From Octopus vulgaris (taxonomy: Eukaryota): a stretch of 64,000 nt of DNA. The stretch is taken from NCBI GenBank assembly GCA_951406725.2, contig OX597819.1:104594001-104658000 (forward strand). Reading direction: 5' to 3'. The notes under the pieces were generated by a model. It was not told the origin of the DNA. It worked only from the letters and a program-made list of their open reading frames with translations, and did no database searches. Positions 40,610-51,708 of the stretch are shown here, piece by piece; the stretch's first letter is position 1, and each line of letters starts with the position of its first letter. A program made the translations under genes and the position numbers.

Positions 40610-42720
40610 ACTTCCGGTTCCCCAGAATGCAACACTAGTTGGTCTGGATTGTTATAGTGAGAAGATGTGAGTTTCGGCTCCGTGAATAGAAAAAAGAACA
40701 AAAAGAATAATTGTCAATTATGGCTCGCGAAATATTGTGTTGTTATCACAATAACGGTAAATTGAGAATTTTTGCTTAAAAATTCTTTTTGTAAATTCTA
40801 GTGGGTGTATCTCCCAGAAAAAGTGGAATTTTTTCGAACTGGAATACTTCAAGAATAACCCAAGAATAATTTTTTCGAACTGGAATACTTCAAGAATTAT
40901 TGGATTACCTGTTTGGAGTATTATACAAAGGATTCCCTGTCAGTGCTATTTGTGAGTTTTTTCTTTTATTTTTCCCTATTGTTTCTTTCTTTCTAAATTT
41001 TGGTTCATTCTTTTCATTAATTTAATTTCAGTTTCCTTTCCTTCTCTTATTTTGTTTTATTTTTATCCGGTTTAGTTTTTTGGCAGACTGTCTCTTGAAC
41101 TACTTTTGAACTGTTTTTTTGAACATGGCAGAGAAAGAACTTAAAAAGAAGAACTCTGTCTTAGAGTGGGAAATTAACCCGCCTAAGCAGTGGTTAAAAG
41201 ATATGGAGGAGAGGGCGGTGGTGTTTAGAACTTATTCTAAAGTTCTTGATTCCATCACCGCCTTCCCAAAACCAGTCATAGAAAATGAACTGAAAGACTA
41301 TTTATCCTCGGTGAAATACATATCCCGTGGTGTCAAACATGCATCCGTATGGTTGCTGTTTGACAACGGGGAAAAGGCTCGCCAGTTTGCGAGTCAGCCT
41401 TTAGAAGGCAATGAAATTCTGTTCCTCCCGTCGTATTGCGGGAGGAAATTAATAAGAGCCTGGGTATGTGGGTTACCCCCAAACACCGAAGCGGGCTGGA
41501 TTGAAGATACCATCCGACGGGGACTGGGGGATAGCAGGCCCAGGCTCTTAAATGTAAGGGTATTGTGGGCGGTCGATTGGGAAGGGTCAAAAGCGATTTT
41601 GACCCTGTGGACCCCATCTGCCGCCACAGAACTGTTTTTTCCAGATTTATTTTAAATGGCTGGCTGCAGGTTTCCGGTGATAATTGAGGGACGTCCCCCA
41701 AGTGTCACTCGTGCCTGCAGCCAGGCCACATTAAAAAGAACTGCCCCCAGGACCATGGTAAAGTCCTGGAACAGTCACTGCATGCCACCTCCCCTAATCG
41801 GTCAAAGGGAGAGGTGGATGTGGTCGAGGAGAGCTTCAGTCTCCTCAACCCAAAAAGCATTAAAAAGGAAGAAGGCGGGCAACAATAGTTGCCCGACGAA
41901 GGAACCTAAGTCTTCAGGAGGAGGGGGAGAGACTCCGGACAAAGTGGAAGAGCTCCACTCTCCCGAAGTCAGGAAGAAAAGAAAAAAGAAAAAAAAGAAA
42001 GAAAAACACTGGGTCATCGCAGGGGGGTGATGATGTGCCGTCTGCATGTCCCGAAGTTGGGCCACCCACGGAGGAAGAAACGACTCCCACCCATAAAGAT
42101 AATTAATTAATTATCTTTTTCTACAAGGGCGGGGAGGTGGAAAAATAGTAGAACATAAAGAGACAGTAGATATGCCTTTCACACGGGATCTCGAGTGGCC
42201 TCCGCAGATAGCTGTAGAAGTCATAAGGTTTCCCTTGTGGGAAAGGCTTAAAGGATTTGGGGAGGAGTGTCACATATGGCCGCGTGGCCCTTACACGACT
42301 TACATGTCCTACATGAGTAGGGCATGGGAAATGGTGGGATACAGGAACTCAAGCGGCATTGAAGATAATGATGAATATATCGATCGATATATCGACGAGT
42401 AGGAGGTGAAAAGCCTCGTTAGAGGGTTTGAAACCTCATCTTATTGTATTATTTGTAGTGGTTTATACTCTCAATTGTGTGTTTAAAAAAACATGTTACG
42501 TAAGAGGTTTTAGTATCCCCTTCTTATAAGAGGTTTGAAACCTCATATTGATTTTTAAAAAAAAAGAAAATATGTTTTCGAGAAAAATCCAATAGGTGGG
42601 TGTTGGGTTTCGTCTCTCATTTATTCATTTTATTTCATTTTCATTCATTAATGTGTTTGTCCAGCCCGCAAAGCTACGCACTCTTTGTACTGTCTATATT
42701 GACAAATTTTATGAAATAAA
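40610..42720 (+). mobile_element. ORF1-only Tx1/L1-like element (HAL1-like) inserted in a family-B SINE
   Basis: Starts ACTTCCGGTT, ends AATAAA; TSD TAGCTTGCTT at 40600-40609 and 42722-42731; ORF1 41119-42402 (disrupted) with CHSCLQPGHIKKNC knuckle; no EN/RT motifs. Confidence 0.75.
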
Positions 42721-43075
42721 GTAGCTTGCTTTCCAATTTCATGGTTTCGGGTTCAGTCCCACTGGCACATTGGGCAAGTGTCTTCTACTGTAGCCTCGGG
42801 CCAACCAGGGCATTGTAAGTGAATTTGGTAGACGGAAACTGAAAGAAGCCTGTTGTATATATATATATTTTGATATGTGAATGAATTATCCTATGTTTAC
42901 CGTCAACATGGAAAATTCGATGAACCGATACCAGGGTAGCAAATTCACGGCAGAAACACGGTTGAAGCGACCTATTCAAGGGTAGAAACTCCGGGTTCAT
43001 GTGCAGAAATTTGTGTGTTATATATGAATAAATAAATAAATTGTGTTGAACGAAGATGTTAACAAAATTCCTTTA

Positions 43076-43148
43076 TTCTCGACATATGTTTCGAAGACAA
43101 CATGGTTTTATTCCAAAGGTGCAAAATGCAATCTTCTCATCAGGAAAG
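43076..43148 (-). ncRNA. Type I hammerhead ribozyme in PLE 3' terminal repeat
   Basis: TTTC-CTGATGA-GAAGAT..GTCTTC-GAAA-CATATG-TC-GAGA; palindromic stem III; GUC site. Confidence 0.8.
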
Positions 43149-43663
43149 AAAGGGAGCCTCTCTCAACAACAAGACAAAATAATAATTGCGATGACTGCCT
43201 ACATGGTAAACAAAACGTTAATGAGTGTTTAAAAAAAACCGTTAGTAGAATTGACGTCAAAGTTAGATAGTAGGAAGGAAAGGGTTAAAGGAATAATAAG
43301 TAGGGAACAAACAGAGAGGGAGGGGTACGTTGATTAAAAGAATGTTAAAAGGCTTAGGAAAGAATTTCTCTATTGAAGTGGAGTGAGCGTTAAACTAATT
43401 GTTCGAACTATAATGACTATCGAAATAATTTATACGAGTAAAAAGTATGTTTCTGCCAGTGTTTACATTTGTACGATTTCTCTATAAGTGTGTTTACAAG
43501 GGAATCCTTAGAGAAGAGAATATGGAAGTTCAGAGTTGCAAATGTTACAAAATCTCCTACCCTTATCAAAAGGAAAGGATACAGACAGTATGAACCATTC
43601 TAACTTAAAATCCATATTATTGTCTTTAAGACGCCAAACTAATTTACTTAGCCCTGTACTATG

Positions 43664-43975
43664 TCATTTTTTACTATCCCTAAATGATGAATAATGGTTT
43701 GAAATTCTCTTGGATAACTGGGAAGTGGACGCACCTATATAGAAGAAGACATCGGTACCGGAAGAAATTTTACACTGGTAAATAGAATTCTTAATCTTAG
43801 AATTATTAGACAAAAATTTTATTCTGTTGGGGTTGTCCTCCGAGATCGAAACGAAGTTTTTATTGCTATGATTGTTGTTACTACTATTATTACCACCACC
43901 AACAACAACAATATTCCTATTATTATTAGTTTTATTATTGGTAATACAACTAACAATACGATCAACAATAATACC

Positions 43976-44050
<75 letters not shown>

Positions 44051-45052
44051 ATTACCATTGTTATTAACACGACTATTACTATTATTATTATTATCATTGT
44101 TATCACCATCACTATTACCATTACTATTATTATTAATACTATTCTTATTATTATAATTGTATGAGGAGTTGGAATTAGCAAGATTAATGCTGGAACTCCC
44201 GGGTGATGAACCTTTATTTAGCAGCTTGGTACTGTGAGAAGATATAATTTGTGAAAGATTTCTAGTGTTAGAGAAAGCGATTCTAACGATGTGGGAATTG
44301 ATAATAGAATAATATCTAGAATTTTTGGGAAAGTTCCTAGCAACACCTTCACGGAACTGCAAGGGAAGGTTCGATTTAGTTTGTTTTCCGAAAGGGATTA
44401 TGAACCAGATACTATTCGTAGTGACTTTTGAATTGTACGTTGTGTTATTTTTAAAAGTAGGGGGGAAATTTCTGGGTTGGAAATTTGGGGTTAAATAGCG
44501 CTTACCACCCCTGGTCCGTAAAGAATTTATATTATGTATTGGGCTGCTTACACTATTAGAATTAAAATCACTATTCCTATTACAAATAACTATTTTATCT
44601 GGAGAAGCAGATGTAGGTTTAGAATGAGCATAATCAATGTATGACACTTTCTCTTTATAGCCGGCTTTTAACAAGGCGGGGTTATAGAAGTCTGCCTTTT
44701 GGTTAAAAATGTCAACATTGGCAGATAATTTAGACAGTCTCAGAGATATGTTTTTGACTAAGTTATCGGTAACTGCCCTAGCGTGATTACTGTAAAGGCT
44801 AATATACTTAAAATTTGTGGAAGGTTTATGATATGGGAAGTATGAGTTATTCTGTAAATTGAGGGTAATGTCTAAGAAGTTGGCTTTAGTTAACTCATCG
44901 TCAAAAACGATGCGCAAGCCCATTTTACTAAAAAACCTAACTAATCTATTCTTAACCTTCTGTATTTTTTGATGTGAAATGTTTTGGAGGTAAAGCAGAC
45001 AATCGTCGCGATAAAGACCTCCGCAGATGTCCGGGAACTGGTCGGCCATCAT
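43664..45052 (-). CDS. PLE polyprotein fragment: RT C-half, poly-Asn linker, GIY-YIG endonuclease
   Basis: 462-aa open frame GGLYRDD..ANFLDITLNL..SNH..poly-N..SIY..YIG..KRISNH; frameshifts at both ends. Confidence 0.85.
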
Positions 45053-45154
45053 AAAGAATATATATTCCGACCAATTCGGCTATCTGGACGCTGTCTGTAC
45101 TTCCCATTAATACATCAAATGCATTAGGAGTATCACTGCGGACCCACAACTTGC

Positions 45155-46370
45155 TATCGAACTTGATGAATGATTTCCTAGCAGTCAGTTACTGCTTTAT
45201 TAGCTTGGAGCGTCTCTTGATTATTTTCTTGTGGAACGGATGTGCCCCAATCTGCTGCCAGCACCCTCTGCGTAGCGGCTTAGGTATGCCAATGCTGTTG
45301 ATGTGCAGACACACACTGGGGTTGCCTTACTGCAACAATTTTTAGAAGGTGAACGTGTGGGGGGTCCGTTTATGAGACACACCTTTCCGCAGCTCGTCTC
45401 CTTGACAGAGCTGCAGTCTTGGGTAAAGGATAGACTGAGACTAGGTGCCTGGCACCTAGAATGCCGTCAGGTGCTCACTGTCCTAGTCGGGCATGAGGAT
45501 CAGTGGAAGTTCAACATTAGCTATATACAGAAAATTAGTAACTTGGAAGTGCAACGACGTGTTCAGGGAGACTCTAAGTATCGACAAAGACGAATTGGCA
45601 TGTCTATTCCAGAAGACTTTCAGCTCGGGGACTACTGTAGATAATTTCTACATGTAGTGGCTTTGGGCGCTACCGGTTCGAGATGAACTTTACGGGCACG
45701 GATGTGCTGTCAGGTGGGCTTGAGCAAGGTGTTCGCTTAGCGACGAAACCATTTTGCATGCACTCGTTCAGTGTCCGGTATTGCTGACTTGTGGAGTTAT
45801 GTCGGACGGCTACTGCCATGTGTGGGGCGGATCCGTCTGTCAGTCGATTCCATAGGCAAGTCAGTTTTCATTTTCCTGGTGGCTGTGGCGAAAGAGGTTG
45901 TCTGGTGGAGAAGGCTGAAAGTTATAAGGAAAGAGATATTCCTCTTTAGTAAAGCCCTCATCGACTTTTTCAAGTTTCACTTGAAAAGGAAAGTGAAGGT
46001 GGAGATGGAGGTGCTGTCCTCTAATGAATTTACTAAACTCTGGGTGCAAATTGCGAAAATAGCAAGAGTGGATGGTGTTGCTCTAAGTGTATGAGTAAAG
46101 GAATTGTAGAGGTTACTTGTCCTTGGTAATCAGGGTGATCTTGGATGGTAGGGTTCCTCGTTCCTCGATTATCAGGGAGACCACATCACTATCACGCTTT
46201 TTTCCTTAGTGCTATATATTATGTATATATCCCTTGTTTTAGTATATACCGTGTGTACTTTTCATTCGTATTTTTTATCATTCCATTACATGTAACCCCA
46301 CCCCACATTATATGTCTGTCTTTGTATTGCATCCCTCATCCTTCGCACTGGTGGAAAATAAAAGAAATCA
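45155..46370 (+). mobile_element. Tx1-clade ORF2 3' part, degraded
   Basis: FLWNG, CCQHP..GLGMP, ETILHALVQCPGIADLW, VAVAKEVVWW..FFKFHLKRKV, ends near AAATAAA. Confidence 0.8.
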
Positions 46371-46443
46371 TTATTATTATTATCATTATTATTATTATTG
46401 AGTGAGCGAGCAGAGCATGCCATCAAAGTGACACTGGGGTAAA

Positions 46444-46516
<73 letters not shown>

Positions 46517-46689
46517 GTTTGACTTTTACCTTGTATTTGTACAAGCTGGTTCCAACTCTCACCAAGAGACCTCAAGAGACAACAAGTTAGAAGTTCATGT
46601 TCTTGTTATGCCTAGGGTGTCATATATTTGGTTTTGCACATAGTATTGTTATAGAGAATGTGTAAGAAAATATAAGAAAATTATAAGTT

Positions 46690-46890
46690 TATAGTTCTAT
46701 ATTTAATGGATGAGGAATTATGTACGTTATTTACATTTGACGGATATTTGTCCTCATCTTGTTTGTTGTGAACACAACGTTTCGGCTGATATACCCTCCA
46801 GCCTTCATCAGGTGTCTTGGGGAAATTTCGAACTTGGGTTCTCATTCCTAAGGTATTTTTCGATGTTAGAACTAGCTATTTTGCTTCTTA
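46690..46890 (-). mobile_element. PLE terminal-repeat fragment
   Basis: Same family as 11625-11775; contains a minimal HHR; followed by microsatellite. Confidence 0.7.
46771..46816 (-). ncRNA. Minimal type I hammerhead ribozyme
   Basis: GACAC-CTGATGA-AGGCTG..CAGCC-GAAA-CG-TT-GTGTT; stem III is the AACGTT palindrome. Confidence 0.75.
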
Positions 46891-46906
46891 TATACGTATA
46901 TATACA

Positions 46907-47046
<140 letters not shown>

Positions 47047-47130
47047 GATCGTGGGTCAGGCCAAAATAAGGCGAAGTAAATGCAAGGTGAATCACAAGAA
47101 AACAAATATGTGAATTAATGTAGACTTACC

Positions 47131-48501
47131 TTGATATTCTCCATACGCCAACTTCAGGAGAAGTCCAGAGAGCAGAAAATGCCATTATATATGGCCTTCA
47201 TTGATCTAACAAAGGCTTTTGACTCGGTAAGCAGAACAGGCCTCTTCCTCCTGCTCCAAAAAATCGGATGTCCACCAAAGCTGCTGAGGATCATCAAGTC
47301 TTTCCATGATGACATGCAAGGCACCATACAGCACAACGGTTCAACATCAGCCGCCTTCCAAATAAAAAACGGGGTAAAGCAAGGCTGTGTCCTCGCTCCT
47401 ACATTGTTTGGCATCTTCTTCTCACTCTTGCTGTCACATGCCTTTCAGACATCAGATGATGGAGTGTTTCTGCACAGTAGAAGTGACGGGAAACTGTTCA
47501 ATCTCTCGCGCCTGCGTGCCAAGACCAAAATCAGAAACGTCCTGATCAAGGAGATGTTATTTGCTGATGATGCCGCTCTGGTAACACACACAGAAGAAGC
47601 CCTCCAAAGGCTCATTAACTGTTTTGAGCAAGCATGTAACGACTTTGGCTTAGCTATCAGCCTTAAGAAGACCAACATCATGGGCCAGGCTACATCGGAC
47701 ATCCCAAACATACATATTGGAGACCACAGATTACAAGAGGTGGAGAAGTTTACCTATCTGGGCTCTACCGTCACCTACAACCTATCCCTTGACGCTGAGC
47801 TCAATATACGCATTGGCAAGGCAGCTGCTGCGATGGCCCAACTCTCCAAACGGGCTTGGGACAACAATAAGCTGACCAAGACCACAAAAATGAAGATCTA
47901 CCAGGCATGTGTACTCAGCACTCTACTGTATGGAAGCGAGACCTGGACGTTATACACACGCCAAGAGCGTCGCCTTAACATCTTTCACCTGCGCTGCCTC
48001 CGAAAAATCCTCCACATCAAATGGCAGAATCATATCCCCAACAAAGATGTCCTCAGGCAAGCAGGAATACCAAGCATGTTTGCACTCCTCACACAAAGAC
48101 GTATGAGATGGCTTGGGCATGTTAGCCGTATGAAAGATGGCAGAATCCCCAAGGACATACTCTACGGAGAGCTTGCTAGGGGTACTAGGTCTGTGGGTAG
48201 AACGATCTTGCGTTACAAGGATGTTTGCAAAAGGGATATGAAGGCCTGCAACATCAACATTAGCGGTTGGGAGGCAGTCGCCGGCAACCGTGGAGAATGG
48301 CGACGTACAGTAAAAGAGGGTGTACAGAGGAGTGACAGAAAGAGAGAGGAGAAATGGAAAGAAAGGAAGAGACATAAACAAGAGACCATGGCACTACAAT
48401 CAGCCAGGAACAGTCTTCGCTACATTTGCAGTACCTGCCAGAGGGAGTGTTTGTCCAGGATAGGACTACACAGCCACAGCAAGAAATGTAACAGGAAATA
48501 A
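47131..48501 (+). CDS. RTE-clade (BovB-like) LINE RT and C-terminal zinc finger, 5'-truncated (element ~47131-48590)
   Basis: Uninterrupted 456 aa: IFSIRQLQEK, FIDLTKAFD, GVKQGCVLAP, LFADD, FTYLGS, LLYGSETW, RWLGHV, CSTC..H..C; ACCTTG repeated at both ends (likely TSD). Confidence 0.95.
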   Translation: MIFSIRQLQEKSREQKMPLYMAFIDLTKAFDSVSRTGLFLLLQKIGCPPKLLRIIKSFHDDMQGTIQHNGSTSAAFQIKNGVKQGCVLAPTLFGIFFSLLLSHAFQTSDDGVFLHSRSDGKLFNLSRLRAKTKIRNVLIKEMLFADDAALVTHTEEALQRLINCFEQACNDFGLAISLKKTNIMGQATSDIPNIHIGDHRLQEVEKFTYLGSTVTYNLSLDAELNIRIGKAAAAMAQLSKRAWDNNKLTKTTKMKIYQACVLSTLLYGSETWTLYTRQERRLNIFHLRCLRKILHIKWQNHIPNKDVLRQAGIPSMFALLTQRRMRWLGHVSRMKDGRIPKDILYGELARGTRSVGRTILRYKDVCKRDMKACNINISGWEAVAGNRGEWRRTVKEGVQRSDRKREEKWKERKRHKQETMALQSARNSLRYICSTCQRECLSRIGLHSHSKKCNRK

Positions 48502-49240
48502 AATATAACAGCCGGACTAGACCTAGAAAAAAAAAAAAAAAAAATGCGCAACTCCATTGTCTCCCGAGACAGAAAGGATGCCAAACAAAAACCTTGTATT
48601 CAATATTTCGGGGTTATGACTCCATTTTCAAGAAATTGACGAATGTTGCCAATGTGTAAAGGGAAACTAGGTAGTTTCCCTCTACACCTCTACCCGCTCT
48701 CCCAGCCGTTAATATCCTCATAGACCACATCACGTCCTTATCTCCACCACATCTCCTTGCCCTCCACCTCCCTCCTAATCGTTCCTTCCCTCCCCTGCAA
48801 CTTCCTCCTCCCCATCTTCCCCTTCATCTTCTCCCAACTCCCCATCCATCAACCTCCAGCTCTTCGGCCTCACACCCTCGGACGATGCCCGTGGGCTACC
48901 TTAGAAATACCTATCTTAAAAGGTATCGTTGCTAGGGGCCATCTTCCTCACTCACGCTATTTCCTCCATTCCCCTCTAACTCCCCTTCATTTATAACTTT
49001 GACAATTCCACTCCCGTTATTTAATGTATCTGTCTTCCTCAACTCACTCTCGCTATTTCCTCTCTTCCCAGAACATTTTCACTCACTCTATCTCTTACCT
49101 TCCCATAACTTTCACTTATGTATCTGTCTGCATTCATAGAGAGAAACAAATATTCCATCGCCATCGCCATCGCATTCTATTGTCTACCTGTCAAAGCGCC
49201 GATCGACCAAATACAAACAGAACACACCAACGAGCGTTTA

Positions 49241-49304
<64 letters not shown>

Positions 49305-50541
49305 CTATATATAAATATGTATATATAATGTATATATACAAAGTGTATATATCTGTATTTATGTATATTAAACTTTTTGATACTTTTTGATAGTTACGTA
49401 AAGGGAACTGGCTGCTTCTTTACACTTCTTGGGTGCAACTTGGGTGCGAGACAGATAATTTTCTCTGTTAATTACGTGACCAACAGGGGTCTAACAGGGG
49501 GGAATTATGCCTAAACATGAGCGCAGCGCATGTGAACATCCGACGTGCTTTGAGTCGGGAGAAGAATTGAGCTGACGCAGACGTGTTGCAAAACAAGGGA
49601 GTACACGTGCAGAACAGAGGTGCATGAGTGCAATAGGGCTTGCTAGGCTGAAATACAGTGTACAGTATTGAATATGCCAGTGATTAATGCAGTAAGGCTG
49701 AGGCTGCCAGCCAGTGCTTGAGCTATTATATGCCTCGGTCGTGCAGGAACAAAAGTGTGGCATGCTGGCGCGTTGTAAGGGACAAACAACTTTCTCTATG
49801 TATGCGTGACCGACCTAGGGTCTTACAGCGATGAGTTGTGTTTACAAGGGCACATTGAGCATGGAAAACAAGCGAGAAAGGCATGTGTGGCGTTTGAATG
49901 TGACAGAGATAGCATTTGTGTGTGTATTAACTATGTGTGTTCGTATGTGCGACAGAAGTACAAACAAGGTGTATGCGGGCAAAACAAAATACAGCGCATA
50001 GGAAAAGTCTCTCAGGGTATTTCAGACAAGATGGAGTTAATTTACCAGTTCGTAGAAAAGTACATAATAGCAGTTCGTTCTGTAACAGGATGTTCGGATC
50101 ACAAGTGCAGATGCCGGTTGAACACATGTCGTGTAGCGGTTGTGGCTTCAATGCTGTGCCAGGTTACATTGGTACAGAAGATCTCGCAGGTAGTGCTTTG
50201 CTGTTAACCTCGGTGAAAATCATAACAGCGTGAAAGCTAAACCTGAATGAGTGCTATGTACATATTAGTGTTGCTGGAGATGAAGGCGACGGAGATGGAG
50301 ACGACGTGAAGTTGAAGGACGACGATGGTGATGGCGACGGCAGAGAAAGGCGACGTTGAGATGAAGGCGTCGGTGACGTTGCTGGTGTATGTTAGAGTCG
50401 TCATTGGCTGGAGCAGGAACATGACTGGCTGGTCTGGTCGTCTGTCGCTGGAACTGGAACATGGTTGAGTAAGCTCTGTGTGGATGAAGACTGCAGCGGA
50501 TTGATTGGTTCAGACTAGGTAGAAACTAGATTTTAGCTAAG

Positions 50542-50864
50542 TGTTCTATGGTCTATGACCAGAACTCGGGAAACTTGCTTGACTGTTCTATGGTCTATGA
50601 CCAGAACTCGGGAAACTTGCTTGACTGTTCTTTGGTCTGTGACCAGAACTCGGGAAACTTGCTTGACTGTTCTATGGTCTATGACCAGAACTCGGGAAAA
50701 TTGCTTGACTGTTCTATGGTCTATGACCAGAACTCGGGAAACTTGCTTGACTGTTCTATGGTCTATGACCAGAACTCGGGAAACTTGCTTGACTGTTCTA
50801 TGGTCTATGACCAGAACTCGGGAAACTTGGTTGAGTGTTCTATGGTCTATGACCAGAACTCGGG
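50542..50864. repeat. 42-bp minisatellite (~7.7 copies)
   Basis: Unit TGTTCTATGGTCTATGACCAGAACTCGGGAAACTTGCTTGAC. Confidence 0.95.
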
Positions 50865-51294
50865 TCACCACTGTAAAGGGAACTGGTTGCTTCTTTACAC
50901 TTTTTGGGTACAACTTGGGTGCAACACAATTTCCTTTCTTTTGTTTCTTGAAACTACCAGTCAGGAACAAAACGCTAAGTTTAAAAATATATATGATTTT
51001 TTATTCTCTTATTCACAAATGAAGCACGTTGGTATATTGGTATCCATTTAGTTCAACACAGCAAGGCTGAATTTTAACGTTTGTAAGAATCTTACAATTC
51101 AGCAGCAACAGAGCGTCTGGGACAGGAGAATAGGCTGATCACACGTTTAAAAATACGTCCTTTCACTTCGATCGCCGTGTCTCAAGTCAACGACGCTATT
51201 AAGGAGCGCGATAGAATTTCTTCCCCAGTCTCTAGCGCATGTGCATGAGGGAACTTCCTTATGCCTTTCCAGAAAGTTCCAGAAGGTTCCAACC

Positions 51295-51376
51295 CCGCAC
51301 ACGCACACTGAAGAATACGTTCCGCACACGCACACTGAAGAATACGTTCCGCACACGCACACTGAAGAATGACGTT
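51295..51376. repeat. 27-bp tandem repeat (3 copies) in the LTR
   Basis: Unit CCGCACACGCACACTGAAGAATACGTT. Confidence 0.9.
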
Positions 51377-51644
51377 ACGTGTGCGCACACTGGAATATGA
51401 CGTCACTACAGTTATATATATTTTTAAACAAATTATAAATATAATTTAATAATTTTTATTTTAAATTTAAATAATTTAAATTTTTCAATTTTATATTTTA
51501 TATATTTTATATATTATATTTTTATTTTTATGTTTTTGTTTTTGGTTTTTCACTGTTTGATTTGCCTATTAGTGGTTTTATCTCTAATTTAATTTATACA
51601 TATATATATATATATAATTTATATATATTTGTATATATAATGCG

Positions 51645-51708
<64 letters not shown>

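Larger units (their letters stand above)
42890..45150 (-). mobile_element. 5'-truncated Penelope-like element
   Basis: RT motifs FDVLMGSTDS and GGLYRDD, GIY-YIG end, 3' terminal region with HHR. Confidence 0.9.
49397..51410 (-). mobile_element. Non-coding LTR-type insertion: 539-bp LTR (50872-51410), tRNA-Trp-like PBS, 4-bp TSD
   Basis: GTTA duplicated at 49393-49396 and 51411-51414; empty site visible in sister units (~53408, ~55417); TG..CA LTR; TGGTGACCC 1 nt inside the LTR. Confidence 0.75.

Noticed and set aside
50533-51051. Repeat-protein ORFs and CRISPR-like periodicity
   Set aside because: 42-bp units are contiguous with no unique spacers and are open in several frames; this is a minisatellite.
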